A stretch of 24,094 bases of DNA from a virus (Duplodnaviria > Caudoviricetes). A model generated the notes under the pieces. That model did not search any database. It saw nothing but the letters and a program-made list of their open reading frames with translations, and was not told where the DNA came from. This document shows, piece after piece, positions 14,728 to 23,394 of this stretch. The translations under genes and the position numbers were made by a program. Position 1 is the first letter of the stretch. Each line of letters begins with the position of its first letter. The stretch spans positions 1 through 24,094 of the IMG/VR virus record IMGVR_UViG_3300017716_002789, one strand, 5' to 3'.

Positions 14728-14803
14728 CGGGTGGTGATTGGCCGGGCGCCCGGCGCCCAGCCCGCGTCGGGTCGACAGGGCGGAGCCCTGTGACCGCGGG
14801 CCC

Positions 14804-16096
14804 TTAGTAGGATGCCACGTCGTTGACCAGGATGGCCCGCAGCGTGCGCTGCGTTGCGGCCTTCTCGGTCGGCTTCATCTGGAACGTGGTGCGGATCCCG
14901 CCGGGGCCGGTCAGGCCGACCTTGCGGCGCGGCAGGCGGACGTTCTCCATGATGATGTCCAGCCGCTTCAGGGGACTGATCTGCCAGCCCAGCCGGACCG
15001 AGATCGGCGTCTTCGAGGTGGCCTTGTCGAACAGCACGCGGTCCGCGAACCGCGCCGTCACATCCAGCCCGACCGACAGCATGGCGGGATCGGCCCCGCC
15101 GATGCGGCCGTCCGACCGGATCGATTCGTCCTTGTCCAGATTGTTGCCGATGCGCAGCGTGGCAGTGTCGACGCGGGCCAGCGGAACGCCGTCCTGTTCG
15201 ATGTAACCCGAGAACTGGCTGAAACGCTCGAAGGCCCAGTCGGACTCCAGCGTTCCGGCAAGCGACGAAGCCGACGGGGTCTCACCCTGGCCGATCAAGC
15301 CGATGGTGGCGTTCAGCAGGCCCGACCGCTGCATCTGGATTGACATGTCGTTGGCCATCACGCCGTAGTTCATGCCGTAGTGCGGCACATCGGGGAAACC
15401 CAGCTGGATTGCCGCGTCGGGGTGGGCGAGCTGGCCCGCGGTAAAGATATGGTTGAAGGCCCCCGAGGCAGCGCCGCCGGTCAGGGTGGCGGCAGAGCGG
15501 GTGGCGTTCGTGGCCGGGCTGGTTCCGGCCACAAGGGTGAAGCTGTTACCGGGCGTGCCGATCGTGTCATGCACGATGTTCAGCACAGTACCCGACAGGC
15601 TGGCCGAATAGGTCGCGGCGGCGATCCCGGCGTCGGCGCTGGCATTCAGGAAGATGACCAGGTTGTTGATCGTATCCGCCAGGGTGGCCCCAATCTGGCA
15701 CTGGCCTGCGGTCGGGGCAGCGGTCACCAGCGTGACTGCCGTGCCGCCGATGGTCAGGACCGAGTTGTTCGCCGGCTGGGCCGAGAAGGCATAGGAGCCC
15801 GTCGCGAACAGGCCCGCCGTCGACACGGGCTGGCCCAGCATCAGCTTCAGCCACAGGCCGAAATGGCGCAGATCCACGGGCACGACGCCCGAGCCTTCAT
15901 TCTTGATGACATCGTCCCCGCCGTCCTGCGGATCGCGGCCGAAGCCGAGGACCACGTCGTCCAGCACATCCTGGTCCTCGCCCAGATCCATGCTGACGAC
16001 CGGAACCTTGCGGAAACCGGACCCCGGGACCGTGCCGTAACCAGCCGTGGCCATAGCCAGGGCGACAATGCCGTTTGCACCGCGAGCGCGAGCCAT
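14804..16096 (-). CDS. major tail tube protein with internal extra domain, 430 aa
   Basis: MARARGAN, LGFGRDP, VVPVDLRHFGLWLKLMLG, HIFTAG, GPGGI and LVNDVASY motifs of the alphaproteobacterial tail tube family. Confidence 0.85.
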   Translation of the reverse strand: MARARGANGIVALAMATAGYGTVPGSGFRKVPVVSMDLGEDQDVLDDVVLGFGRDPQDGGDDVIKNEGSGVVPVDLRHFGLWLKLMLGQPVSTAGLFATGSYAFSAQPANNSVLTIGGTAVTLVTAAPTAGQCQIGATLADTINNLVIFLNASADAGIAAATYSASLSGTVLNIVHDTIGTPGNSFTLVAGTSPATNATRSAATLTGGAASGAFNHIFTAGQLAHPDAAIQLGFPDVPHYGMNYGVMANDMSIQMQRSGLLNATIGLIGQGETPSASSLAGTLESDWAFERFSQFSGYIEQDGVPLARVDTATLRIGNNLDKDESIRSDGRIGGADPAMLSVGLDVTARFADRVLFDKATSKTPISVRLGWQISPLKRLDIIMENVRLPRRKVGLTGPGGIRTTFQMKPTEKAATQRTLRAILVNDVASY

Positions 16097-16108
16097 GGGA
16101 GTCTCCGA

Positions 16109-16540
16109 TCAGAGAGGGGAAGGGGTTGAATAGTAGGCGATGATCGCCGCTTCGCTGGCCGCGCCGGACTCGGCACCGGCGATGTCCAGATCGCCCCGGT
16201 CGGGGGCAGTCGTCTCCAGCCATTCGACCAGACCGCCCAGCGTCCGGTCGGCCTCCACGGCGGAACCGACTGCGACCTGCATCGCATCCAGCGCCTGGCC
16301 GGCCGTCAGGCTGGCCGTCTGCAGGGCACCGAACAAAAGGCCGAACGGGTGGGAATAGTTGTAAACCAGGGGCGACAGATCGACCTCGGGCTCGCCCGGG
16401 TCGCCGTCCGAAATATCCACGGCACCGCCGGCGGGAATCTCATCCGCCTTGGCCTGGTTCCGCGTCACCGTCGCTGACGGCAAGGCGGCCGTCACCAGTG
16501 CCTCGATTGCGGCAGCGACCTGTTCGCGTTTGCTGGTCAC
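16109..16540 (-). CDS. tail terminator (gpU-like), 143 aa
   Basis: SKREQV..AI, DGDPGEPEV.LSP..Y.Y.H and ADRTLGGLV motifs; directly before the tube gene. Confidence 0.75.
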   Translation of the reverse strand: MTSKREQVAAAIEALVTAALPSATVTRNQAKADEIPAGGAVDISDGDPGEPEVDLSPLVYNYSHPFGLLFGALQTASLTAGQALDAMQVAVGSAVEADRTLGGLVEWLETTAPDRGDLDIAGAESGAASEAAIIAYYSTPSPL

Positions 16541-16851
16541 GCCGGAATTTCCTTGACTTCGCAGGTCCAGATCCGGGTCCGCGTCAGACGCGGCTTGGCC
16601 AGAACCTCCAGCACGACACCGTCAGCGGCGCGCGTAATCGTGTCCCCGATTCCCGGGGTCGGGACCTGGCTGCGACGCACCCGGACAAACCGGGTGCGGA
16701 CGACACGCTGGCCGTCCCCCCATCCGTCCAGATCGTCCCGTTCGGCGCAGCGGATCCGCACGGAACCCGACACGCCGGACCAGGTCGCATCCTCGCCGAG
16801 GCGGCGGAACACAGCATCCTGCTGGCGGTCCACGACCTCGGCGAAAGACAT
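16537..16851 (-). CDS. head-tail joining protein (gpFII-like), 104 aa
   Basis: Size, position, and motifs FRRLGEDATW, P..GDTI and C-terminal W. Confidence 0.7.
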   Translation of the reverse strand: MSFAEVVDRQQDAVFRRLGEDATWSGVSGSVRIRCAERDDLDGWGDGQRVVRTRFVRVRRSQVPTPGIGDTITRAADGVVLEVLAKPRLTRTRIWTCEVKEIPA

Positions 16852-16859
16852 CGGCGTGC

Positions 16860-17192
16860 TTAGATCGTCGGTTGCAGACGAACGCGACCCACCGCGGCGG
16901 CGGCGAGCTTGGCGTCGACCGCATAGCCGGCCTTCTGGTTGCTGCCGGCGGTCGTGGTGAAGTTCTTGGCGGTGTCGTCCCAGTAAACCAGGGCGCCTTG
17001 CGTCCAGGCCTGGGAGGTCGCCGCGGCGACGTCAAACACGCCCGTGACGTGCCCAGCGAAGGTCGCACCGACCGCAGCCGCGATGGCGGGCACAGCGATG
17101 ATGAGGCCGATCTTGACCGGCGCGCCGGCCACAACCCCGCCCGAAGGCGCGATCAGGTCCAGGCTGTTGCCCGGCTGGACGAAGTTTTTCAT
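16860..17192 (-). CDS. DUF2190 family capsid-associated protein, 110 aa
   Basis: Start re-assigned to ATG 17192 (MKNFVQPG) with AAGGA Shine-Dalgarno. GVFDV, VYWD and VRL motifs. Confidence 0.88.
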   Translation of the reverse strand: MKNFVQPGNSLDLIAPSGGVVAGAPVKIGLIIAVPAIAAAVGATFAGHVTGVFDVAAATSQAWTQGALVYWDDTAKNFTTTAGSNQKAGYAVDAKLAAAAVGRVRLQPTI

Positions 17193-17255
17193 GGTCGTTT
17201 TCCTTGCTCTCGAGGGGTCGTTGGCGGAACGCCGCCGGCGAAGACAGGCTGGCCG

Positions 17256-17270
17256 ACGCACGGCGTGCGT
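17256..17270. repeat. dispersed dyad motif, copy 3 (intergenic, after capsid gene; inverted)
   Basis: CCG-ACGCAC-GGC-GTGCGT-CGG, with 9-bp perfect arms at 17253-17273. Confidence 0.85.
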
Positions 17271-17299
17271 CGGACGGCCAGTTCCCGTCGGCAGAAGGC

Positions 17300-17323
17300 C
17301 CGGGGCCGCCGAAGCGGCCCCGG
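17300..17323 (-). terminator. 10-bp stem-loop with cUUCGg tetraloop after capsid gene
   Basis: Minus strand CCGGGGCCGC-TTCG-GCGGCCCCGG. No U tract, so probably a 3' stabiliser or pause site. Confidence 0.55.
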
Positions 17324-17342
17324 ATATTCAGGAAGAGAGGGA

Positions 17343-19508
17343 TCAGGCCCCGGTGTTGCGATAACCGAAGCGGAAGTCCGTGGCGGCGCAGCCGAAGTCG
17401 TGCTCCAGCTGGACCTTGACGCCCTGCTGACCGAACTGGTCCTCGATGCGCAGGCGCGGGGCCTGGTAGCCGTCCAGCAGACCCCAGGTCCAGTTGGTCC
17501 CGAACCGGGCGTCCGTATAGAGTTCCCAGGCGTTGCCGGTCAGCTGACCGCCGACGACCAGTTCCAGCTTGCCCGAGAACGGGTTGGCCTTGGCGACGTC
17601 ATTGGCGATCACGGCCGTCAGGGCCATTTCCGCCTCGGTCTCCTTGTCCGGCGACACCAGCAGGATGGCGGCGGCCTGACCCATCTGCTGACCCGACAGG
17701 TTCTTCTGTTTGCGCAGGGCCGCCCGGCCGATGCCGAGGCTGGTCGTGCTGATGGCCGTGCCGGTGCCGGTGTAGTTGCCGTGGTCGACATGGAAGACGG
17801 CCTTGGCGTCTTCGTTCAGCACCGGGCCGACGCCCGAAGAGACGCCCTTCATGGCAAAGAAGGTCAGTTCTTCGAACAGGGCGACCTGATCGCCCTGGCT
17901 GCCCAGGATCTGATCGATGGCACCGAGGTTGTCGTTCACCAGCAGTTGGCGGGACAGACCGAAGCCGACGCCGTAGGGGCGGACGAAGGCCGTTTCCTTC
18001 TTCTCGCCGATCGTGCCCTGCTTGATCTCGCCCGTCTCGCTGACGCCCTGCAGCTGCGGGAAGTCCCCGGGGCGCAGCACGTCATGGGCGCGGAAGTCCA
18101 TGAAGGTCATCTGGCGCGCGATGCGGCGATAGACCGGCGTGGCGGTCAGGTAGTTCTCCTGCAGGCGCGAGTTCAGCGCGCCGGACAGCAGGATCGGGAA
18201 GTCGCTGGTCGAGTGGAAGGCCCGCGAATACAGGTCGATGCGCTCGGCCGCGGTGCGGGGCATTTCGCGCTCGCCGAGGGAGCGGGCGGCGAGTTCAGAA
18301 AGCGAATGCCGCAGGAACGGTTCCGCCGCCGTGCGGGCATTGCGGCCAGCTTCGGTGTCCTCGAACTCGGTGCGGCCGGCCGACCGGCGCAGGCCGGCCA
18401 GGATGGCAGCCGGAACCCCGGCCCGAACGCGGTCGCGATCCTCGACCACAACACGACCGCCGGATCCGGCAGCGACACCACCAGTGGCGGTACGCTGGGC
18501 ATCGGCAGCGGCGGCCATGATCGCGGCGCGGGCAGATTCCACGCTGATCGAGCCGGCCGCGTTCTGGGTGACCAGTTCGTTGGCGCGGGCGTCAACGCCG
18601 AGCGCACGGGCCTGATCGACGAAGGCGACTGCCTCGACGGCCGAGAAGCGCGAAACTTCAACCGCCGCCGGAGCTGCGGCCGGAGCGGCGCGGGTTTCGA
18701 CGGCGGCAGCCGGGGTGGCGGCCGTTTCGGTGGCCCGGGTGTCCGGGGTGGCGGCATTACCGGGGCCGTTGGTGTCGTAGGCCACGCGGGCAGCCGACAG
18801 GGCCAGAGCGGCGGCCGTGCCGCCCAGCGAAAGGGAGCGTCTCATATCTTCGTCCTCTTGAGGGGTGGCGACAGCGCCGGTGGAAGCGGGAAGTCCGGGG
18901 GAAGGGGCCGCCGAGCGCACCCCGGCGGCGGGATCGGCGGGAACTGTGACCAGGCTGCCTTCCAGGAGTTCCCAGGAGGTCGCGCGCCAGGTGTGTTTTT
19001 CGGTCTCGGCATCAATCGCCACGACGGCCCAGGCCTTGGGCGCATAGCCGATCGAGATGCCGCGCAGCTCGCCGCGTGAGACCATGCCTTCGGCCTCGCG
19101 GCCGGCAGGCGTATCAGCGAAGCGCGCCGTGGCGGTCAGGGCGGCGACGCCACCGATGGTTTCGAACCGGACGGCGGTGATGGTGCCCAGATTGGCGTTG
19201 ATGCCGTAGCGGTTGTGGCTGTCCAGCAGTGGCACGACGCCCTGGGCGACGCGCCCGATGTCGACCGCCGTTGCGGAGATCTCCAGCTCTTCTACGAAGT
19301 AGTGCCTGTCGACGGCCGAGCCGGTCGACAGGACCAGTTCCACAGTCCGTGCCTCGGCACTGTAGGTCGAGGGCGTGAAGGCCGCGAACCGTGACTGCGG
19401 GCCGGTCGGAGGGTGAGCGCGGCGATCCTCGCCCGCGGCGGGTGCGTCACGGGTCATCGGAGCGAGGGCCAGAAGGGCCGTCGCCGCAATCAGAGCGGTC
19501 TTTGTCAT
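17343..19508 (-). CDS. prohead protease / major capsid protein fusion, 721 aa
   Basis: N-terminal HK97-type protease (PLLDSH, GELRGISIGY, WELLEGSLVTVPAD), Ala/Pro-rich scaffold-like linker, then capsid domain (RAFHSTSDFPILL...DFGCAATDFR). Confidence 0.92.
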   Translation of the reverse strand: MTKTALIAATALLALAPMTRDAPAAGEDRRAHPPTGPQSRFAAFTPSTYSAEARTVELVLSTGSAVDRHYFVEELEISATAVDIGRVAQGVVPLLDSHNRYGINANLGTITAVRFETIGGVAALTATARFADTPAGREAEGMVSRGELRGISIGYAPKAWAVVAIDAETEKHTWRATSWELLEGSLVTVPADPAAGVRSAAPSPGLPASTGAVATPQEDEDMRRSLSLGGTAAALALSAARVAYDTNGPGNAATPDTRATETAATPAAAVETRAAPAAAPAAVEVSRFSAVEAVAFVDQARALGVDARANELVTQNAAGSISVESARAAIMAAAADAQRTATGGVAAGSGGRVVVEDRDRVRAGVPAAILAGLRRSAGRTEFEDTEAGRNARTAAEPFLRHSLSELAARSLGEREMPRTAAERIDLYSRAFHSTSDFPILLSGALNSRLQENYLTATPVYRRIARQMTFMDFRAHDVLRPGDFPQLQGVSETGEIKQGTIGEKKETAFVRPYGVGFGLSRQLLVNDNLGAIDQILGSQGDQVALFEELTFFAMKGVSSGVGPVLNEDAKAVFHVDHGNYTGTGTAISTTSLGIGRAALRKQKNLSGQQMGQAAAILLVSPDKETEAEMALTAVIANDVAKANPFSGKLELVVGGQLTGNAWELYTDARFGTNWTWGLLDGYQAPRLRIEDQFGQQGVKVQLEHDFGCAATDFRFGYRNTGA

Positions 19509-19519
19509 TGGTGTCCCCG

Positions 19520-21040
19520 TCAGGTTCCGGCGTTTGCCTGGCCTGCGCCCTGCTGGGTCGACAGGTATCCGGCGGCGGCCTGAAGCACGCCGCTGTCAGT
19601 CAGGCGGCGCGGATCGGTTTCCAGCGCCAGTTTCAGATCGTCGATCATCGTGTTCAGTTCGGCGATCTTGTTCAGGTGGTCTTCGGCATTGATGCCGCGC
19701 TCGGCCAGCGACTGGCTCAACAGCTTCAGACCAGCGCGGATCTCCATGACCTCGCCCATCAGATCCTTGACCGGGTCGACATAGCGCCGCTTCGGCATGG
19801 CCCACTGGGCGCGAACCTCAAGGAAACGGGTGTCGCCGGTCTGAAGCGCCAGGCGGCGCATGCGACGCGCGAATGCCGGATTGCAGAGGCGCGGGACCAT
19901 CAGATTCTGTTGCCAGTCATCCAGCAGGGCCCAGTGACCCAGCATGGCGGCGCGCAGGCTCGAATAGTTGGCTTGGGACACATCCCCGGTCATCAGATGA
20001 TAGGGCACCATCGACGCCGATACGGCCGCCAGCTGCTGGCGGATGAAATCGACGCTATCGCCGTCCGTGTTCGGCTGAAGAGTGCTGGCCGTCGTTCCAG
20101 ACGGCGGCCGGATAATCATGCCCGGCCGCAGCGTCTCGATATCCGGGGCCGAGGTCCCGACTGAAGATCCGGACGCGGTTTCCCCGGTCAGCAGCGGCGA
20201 GCCGGCCGAGCCTTCACCGGCCGTCAGGATCAGGGCCAGACAGTTCTGGACCTTCTTCTTCAGGCGAATGGCCTGTTCGATGTCGGCGATGTCCTGAAAG
20301 GTCATCGCACTGGCCGCAAACCATGAAACGCCACGATCCGCACCGAAGCGGTCGCGCTCATAAAGGTGATCGACGTGCCGCGCCGGGATCAGCCGCGACC
20401 GGCGCGAGCCGCGCCAGGTCAGGTCGCCGGGGTGGCGATCGAACAGCCAGTAGCCGACACGGTTGTTGTCGCTGTCATACCGCACGCCCAGGGCGTCGCG
20501 GGATCCGTCAGCATCCTCTCCGACCTTGCTTTCGTCCAGGCTGTCGCTTTCCAGCCCCTCGATCCGTCCGTCAGGGCCCTGATTGTCAGCCTTCCAGAGC
20601 GTCAGCGTCTCGCCGCCGACGACCATGCCGCCGAAGGCCAGCTTCTGATAGCCGTACCAGTCGTCCTGGCCGTCGACCATGGACTCGGCCCAGCGGTCGA
20701 AATCGTCCTGCGCCAGCCGGCGCACGATCGGATCCGCGTGCACGGCCTGGGCGGCGATGCCGTCTCCGATCGCATTGGCAACGATCTGGCGCTTGGCCGT
20801 GAAGGCATATTTGTTGTTCCGGACCAGGTCGTGGCCGGTATTGCTCAGTCGGCGAAGCCCGCCGGACAGTTCGACATTGGCCCCGGAGGCCGGGGTGCGG
20901 CGACCATTGTGCCGACCAGCGGCGGCAGCATCATAGCCTCGGATCATCCCCAGCGCCTGACGCGCCGCGATGCGGCGCGCGCCGGCGGCCGGCGAAAACA
21001 CGGCGATGGTGTTGTCGATCAGATCACCCAGGACGGACAT
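19520..21040 (-). CDS. portal protein, lambda family, 506 aa
   Basis: DLVRNNKYA, RGVSWFA, LMTGDVSQANYSSLRA and VDPVKD motifs. Confidence 0.95.
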   Translation of the reverse strand: MSVLGDLIDNTIAVFSPAAGARRIAARQALGMIRGYDAAAAGRHNGRRTPASGANVELSGGLRRLSNTGHDLVRNNKYAFTAKRQIVANAIGDGIAAQAVHADPIVRRLAQDDFDRWAESMVDGQDDWYGYQKLAFGGMVVGGETLTLWKADNQGPDGRIEGLESDSLDESKVGEDADGSRDALGVRYDSDNNRVGYWLFDRHPGDLTWRGSRRSRLIPARHVDHLYERDRFGADRGVSWFAASAMTFQDIADIEQAIRLKKKVQNCLALILTAGEGSAGSPLLTGETASGSSVGTSAPDIETLRPGMIIRPPSGTTASTLQPNTDGDSVDFIRQQLAAVSASMVPYHLMTGDVSQANYSSLRAAMLGHWALLDDWQQNLMVPRLCNPAFARRMRRLALQTGDTRFLEVRAQWAMPKRRYVDPVKDLMGEVMEIRAGLKLLSQSLAERGINAEDHLNKIAELNTMIDDLKLALETDPRRLTDSGVLQAAAGYLSTQQGAGQANAGT

Positions 21041-21043
21041 GGA

Positions 21044-21256
21044 TCAGCCCCCCTGGAACGACGCGAGCGTGGTTCCCATCGTCTGGCGTCCGGTCGGCGC
21101 AGCGGCGGCCTTGCGGGTAAAGTAGGCAAGGGCCTTCTGGATCTCGACAGTCGACCGATAGGTCACCCGGTCGCCATCCGACTCCACTGTGACCTCGCCC
21201 GAGGCAAGGCCGGCTTCCAGCTGGGCAATCTCGACGGCGTAATCGGGGGCAGGCAT
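21044..21256 (-). CDS. head completion/adaptor protein (gpW-like), 70 aa
   Basis: LEAGLASGEVTVESDGDRVTYRS motif; between terL and portal; TGATG coupling. Confidence 0.88.
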   Translation of the reverse strand: MPAPDYAVEIAQLEAGLASGEVTVESDGDRVTYRSTVEIQKALAYFTRKAAAAPTGRQTMGTTLASFQGG

Positions 21257-23394
21257 CAGAGATAGTCCCCCTTGACGTCGATATAGCCCGGGGCCGAAGC
21301 CCGCGGCTCACTCTTCACAGCCACCGGTGAAGCAGGCGGCGTTACACCGACCGCGCCGGCCAGCAGATCGCCCTGCAGCGGATCCTTCGCGGCATACCGC
21401 TCGACCCGCAGCTTCGCCCAGTCGGCCTCCGACAGGGTGTCCAGCATCAGCTTCTCGGCCGCCGCGATGTTGTAGACTCGGCAGTCCAGGTAGTGGTTTT
21501 CGCGCCCCGGCAGGGGCTGCCACTTCCGCTTCGGATAGCCGTGCTCAACGACGCTGACGACCGTCTCGGCCGTGATCATCTCGAACCATTCGTCCGGGGT
21601 GTCCCGGCTGAAATGGCAAAGGCCGCGAGGGCGGTGACCCGCCGCCACGCCCGTTTTCGCTTCTTCGGCCGCCAGCTTCAGCGTCGACCGCAGGAAGCCG
21701 TAGAACATGGCCTTCACGCCATCGACACCGACCAGATAGGCCTTGTCGTCCGCCTTTTTCGAAGCAAACCCGGTGCGGCTGCCCTGCCGCTCATACTTCA
21801 GGTTCTCGCCACGCCCCAGGATCGGTCGGGTCCAGCCGGCACGGCCGAAGACGACCATCCGGTTGGGGCGCATCCGCGCATATTCTTCCGCAGCCTTCGT
21901 GTGATAGCCGCCGTCGACGACTTCCCAATCCAGCGGCAGCGCCTTGCCGCCCGGAAAAACCGTCAGCTGTCGCGACAGCTTGTCCAGATCGACCCAGGCC
22001 CCTTCGCCCGGCACATCGGTGTTGCCGGGCAGGAAGGCCTGGTGCAGCGACCAGCTTTCCGCATCCGGCCCCCAGCCGACCAGTTCGGTGTAGATCCCGT
22101 CGCCCTGGACGTCGCTGGCGCGGGTCAGCACGACCGGCCCCGCCGGCATCTGCCCCGTGCCCCAGTCCTGTGACCGCAGGGCCTTCAATCTGTCATGGTC
22201 CGGCGTCGCGCCGCGCAGTTCGAACGCCGCCCCGCGGGTCAGCATCGTCCAGCCCATCAGCTTGAACTGGTCGCCACGGCAGCCGACGAACTCGACCGCC
22301 ATATCGCCCCAGGTCTGGAAGCTGGTCAGCATGCCGTCGATGTCGAACGCACGTTTGACGCTGCGCACCATCCGGGCGCGCGCCGCTTGAAACTCTTCCT
22401 CCGACAGGACCAGCGGCAGGGTCTCGCCGTCGATCATCTCCGACAGCCAGCAGTCCTGCCGGATCATCGCCAGCTTCTGCCAGTGATGCGTCACCGTCCC
22501 GCAGCAGCGCGGGACCAGATAGGCGTCTTCTGGCCGGCCATCAGGCCATTGAATGTCCCGCTCGCCGTCCGGCTGGGGATCCCAGACGATCCGGAACCGC
22601 GAGGTGCAGTGCGGGCAGGCGTACCAGGCGAACCGGCGATCGACGCCGTCGGCGCTGAACGCCGCGTCGATCTTGCTGGCACCCTTGATCGTCGGGGTCG
22701 AAATCTTGACCCGTTTCGACAGGCCGCGTCGGCGGTAAACCTTTAGTCGCTGATCGACCATGCTCTCGGGTGAGCCCTGGCCGTCCAGGTTGTCCGGAAA
22801 CTGGTCCAGATCGTCTTCGACCGCGTACCGCATGGTGCGGGACCGCAGCCCGGCCGCCGAGTTCGCACCGGCCAGCGCCACATAGGACGACGACCGCGCA
22901 AACCGCAGCTTGTTCTTCGTCGATCCGTCGCCGGTCGCCTCGCCCAGCTGGCGGATCGTGCCGCCGCGCGCCGGGTCCAGCCGAGGCGTGGACTCGATCA
23001 TCGGCCAAAGCTTCTCCGCCGCCCATTCCAGCCCCGCCTTAAGCGTGGACTGCACGAACAGCATCGGGCCCGGGGCCAGGTCAGAGATGAACCCGATCCA
23101 GTTCTCGACCGCCGCCGTGCCGCCCGACTGGGCGCATTTGCGCAGGATCACTTCCTCGCAAGGATCTTGCGGGGACAGGGCGTCCATGGGCTCGACCAGA
23201 TACGGGGCCGTCTCATGACGCCACCGGCCCGGGATCGGCGCATCATCGCTGAAGCGCCGGTATTTCGCCGCCCATTCCGAAACCAGCATCCGCTCGGCGG
23301 GCCGGAACCCTTCCGAGAAAGCCTTGTCCAGTTTGCGGGCGTTGGCCGTCAGGATCGGCGCGGTCGTGCCGAAGGCTTCCAGATCGAACGCCAT
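21256..23394 (-). CDS. terL: terminase large subunit, lambda GpA family, 712 aa
   Basis: VSEWA, TAPYL.EPMD, KCAQSGGT, DDLD.FP, ISTPT, CPHC, DVQ, VDGG and RENHYLDCRVY motifs. Confidence 0.95.
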   Translation of the reverse strand: MAFDLEAFGTTAPILTANARKLDKAFSEGFRPAERMLVSEWAAKYRRFSDDAPIPGRWRHETAPYLVEPMDALSPQDPCEEVILRKCAQSGGTAAVENWIGFISDLAPGPMLFVQSTLKAGLEWAAEKLWPMIESTPRLDPARGGTIRQLGEATGDGSTKNKLRFARSSSYVALAGANSAAGLRSRTMRYAVEDDLDQFPDNLDGQGSPESMVDQRLKVYRRRGLSKRVKISTPTIKGASKIDAAFSADGVDRRFAWYACPHCTSRFRIVWDPQPDGERDIQWPDGRPEDAYLVPRCCGTVTHHWQKLAMIRQDCWLSEMIDGETLPLVLSEEEFQAARARMVRSVKRAFDIDGMLTSFQTWGDMAVEFVGCRGDQFKLMGWTMLTRGAAFELRGATPDHDRLKALRSQDWGTGQMPAGPVVLTRASDVQGDGIYTELVGWGPDAESWSLHQAFLPGNTDVPGEGAWVDLDKLSRQLTVFPGGKALPLDWEVVDGGYHTKAAEEYARMRPNRMVVFGRAGWTRPILGRGENLKYERQGSRTGFASKKADDKAYLVGVDGVKAMFYGFLRSTLKLAAEEAKTGVAAGHRPRGLCHFSRDTPDEWFEMITAETVVSVVEHGYPKRKWQPLPGRENHYLDCRVYNIAAAEKLMLDTLSEADWAKLRVERYAAKDPLQGDLLAGAVGVTPPASPVAVKSEPRASAPGYIDVKGDYL

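Noticed and set aside
7423-19079. Very long plus-strand ORFs (7423..10311, 10607..13384, 13200..14303, 16872..19079; also 46..1251)
   Set aside because: They are antisense shadows of GC-rich, codon-biased minus-strand genes. They contain no recognisable motifs and completely overlap well-supported phage genes.
23110-23145. TerL Walker A variant KCAQSGGT as a sign of inactivation
   Set aside because: GpA-family terminases use a deviant Walker A in which the upstream Lys is the conserved residue, and it is present. The ORF is otherwise intact.
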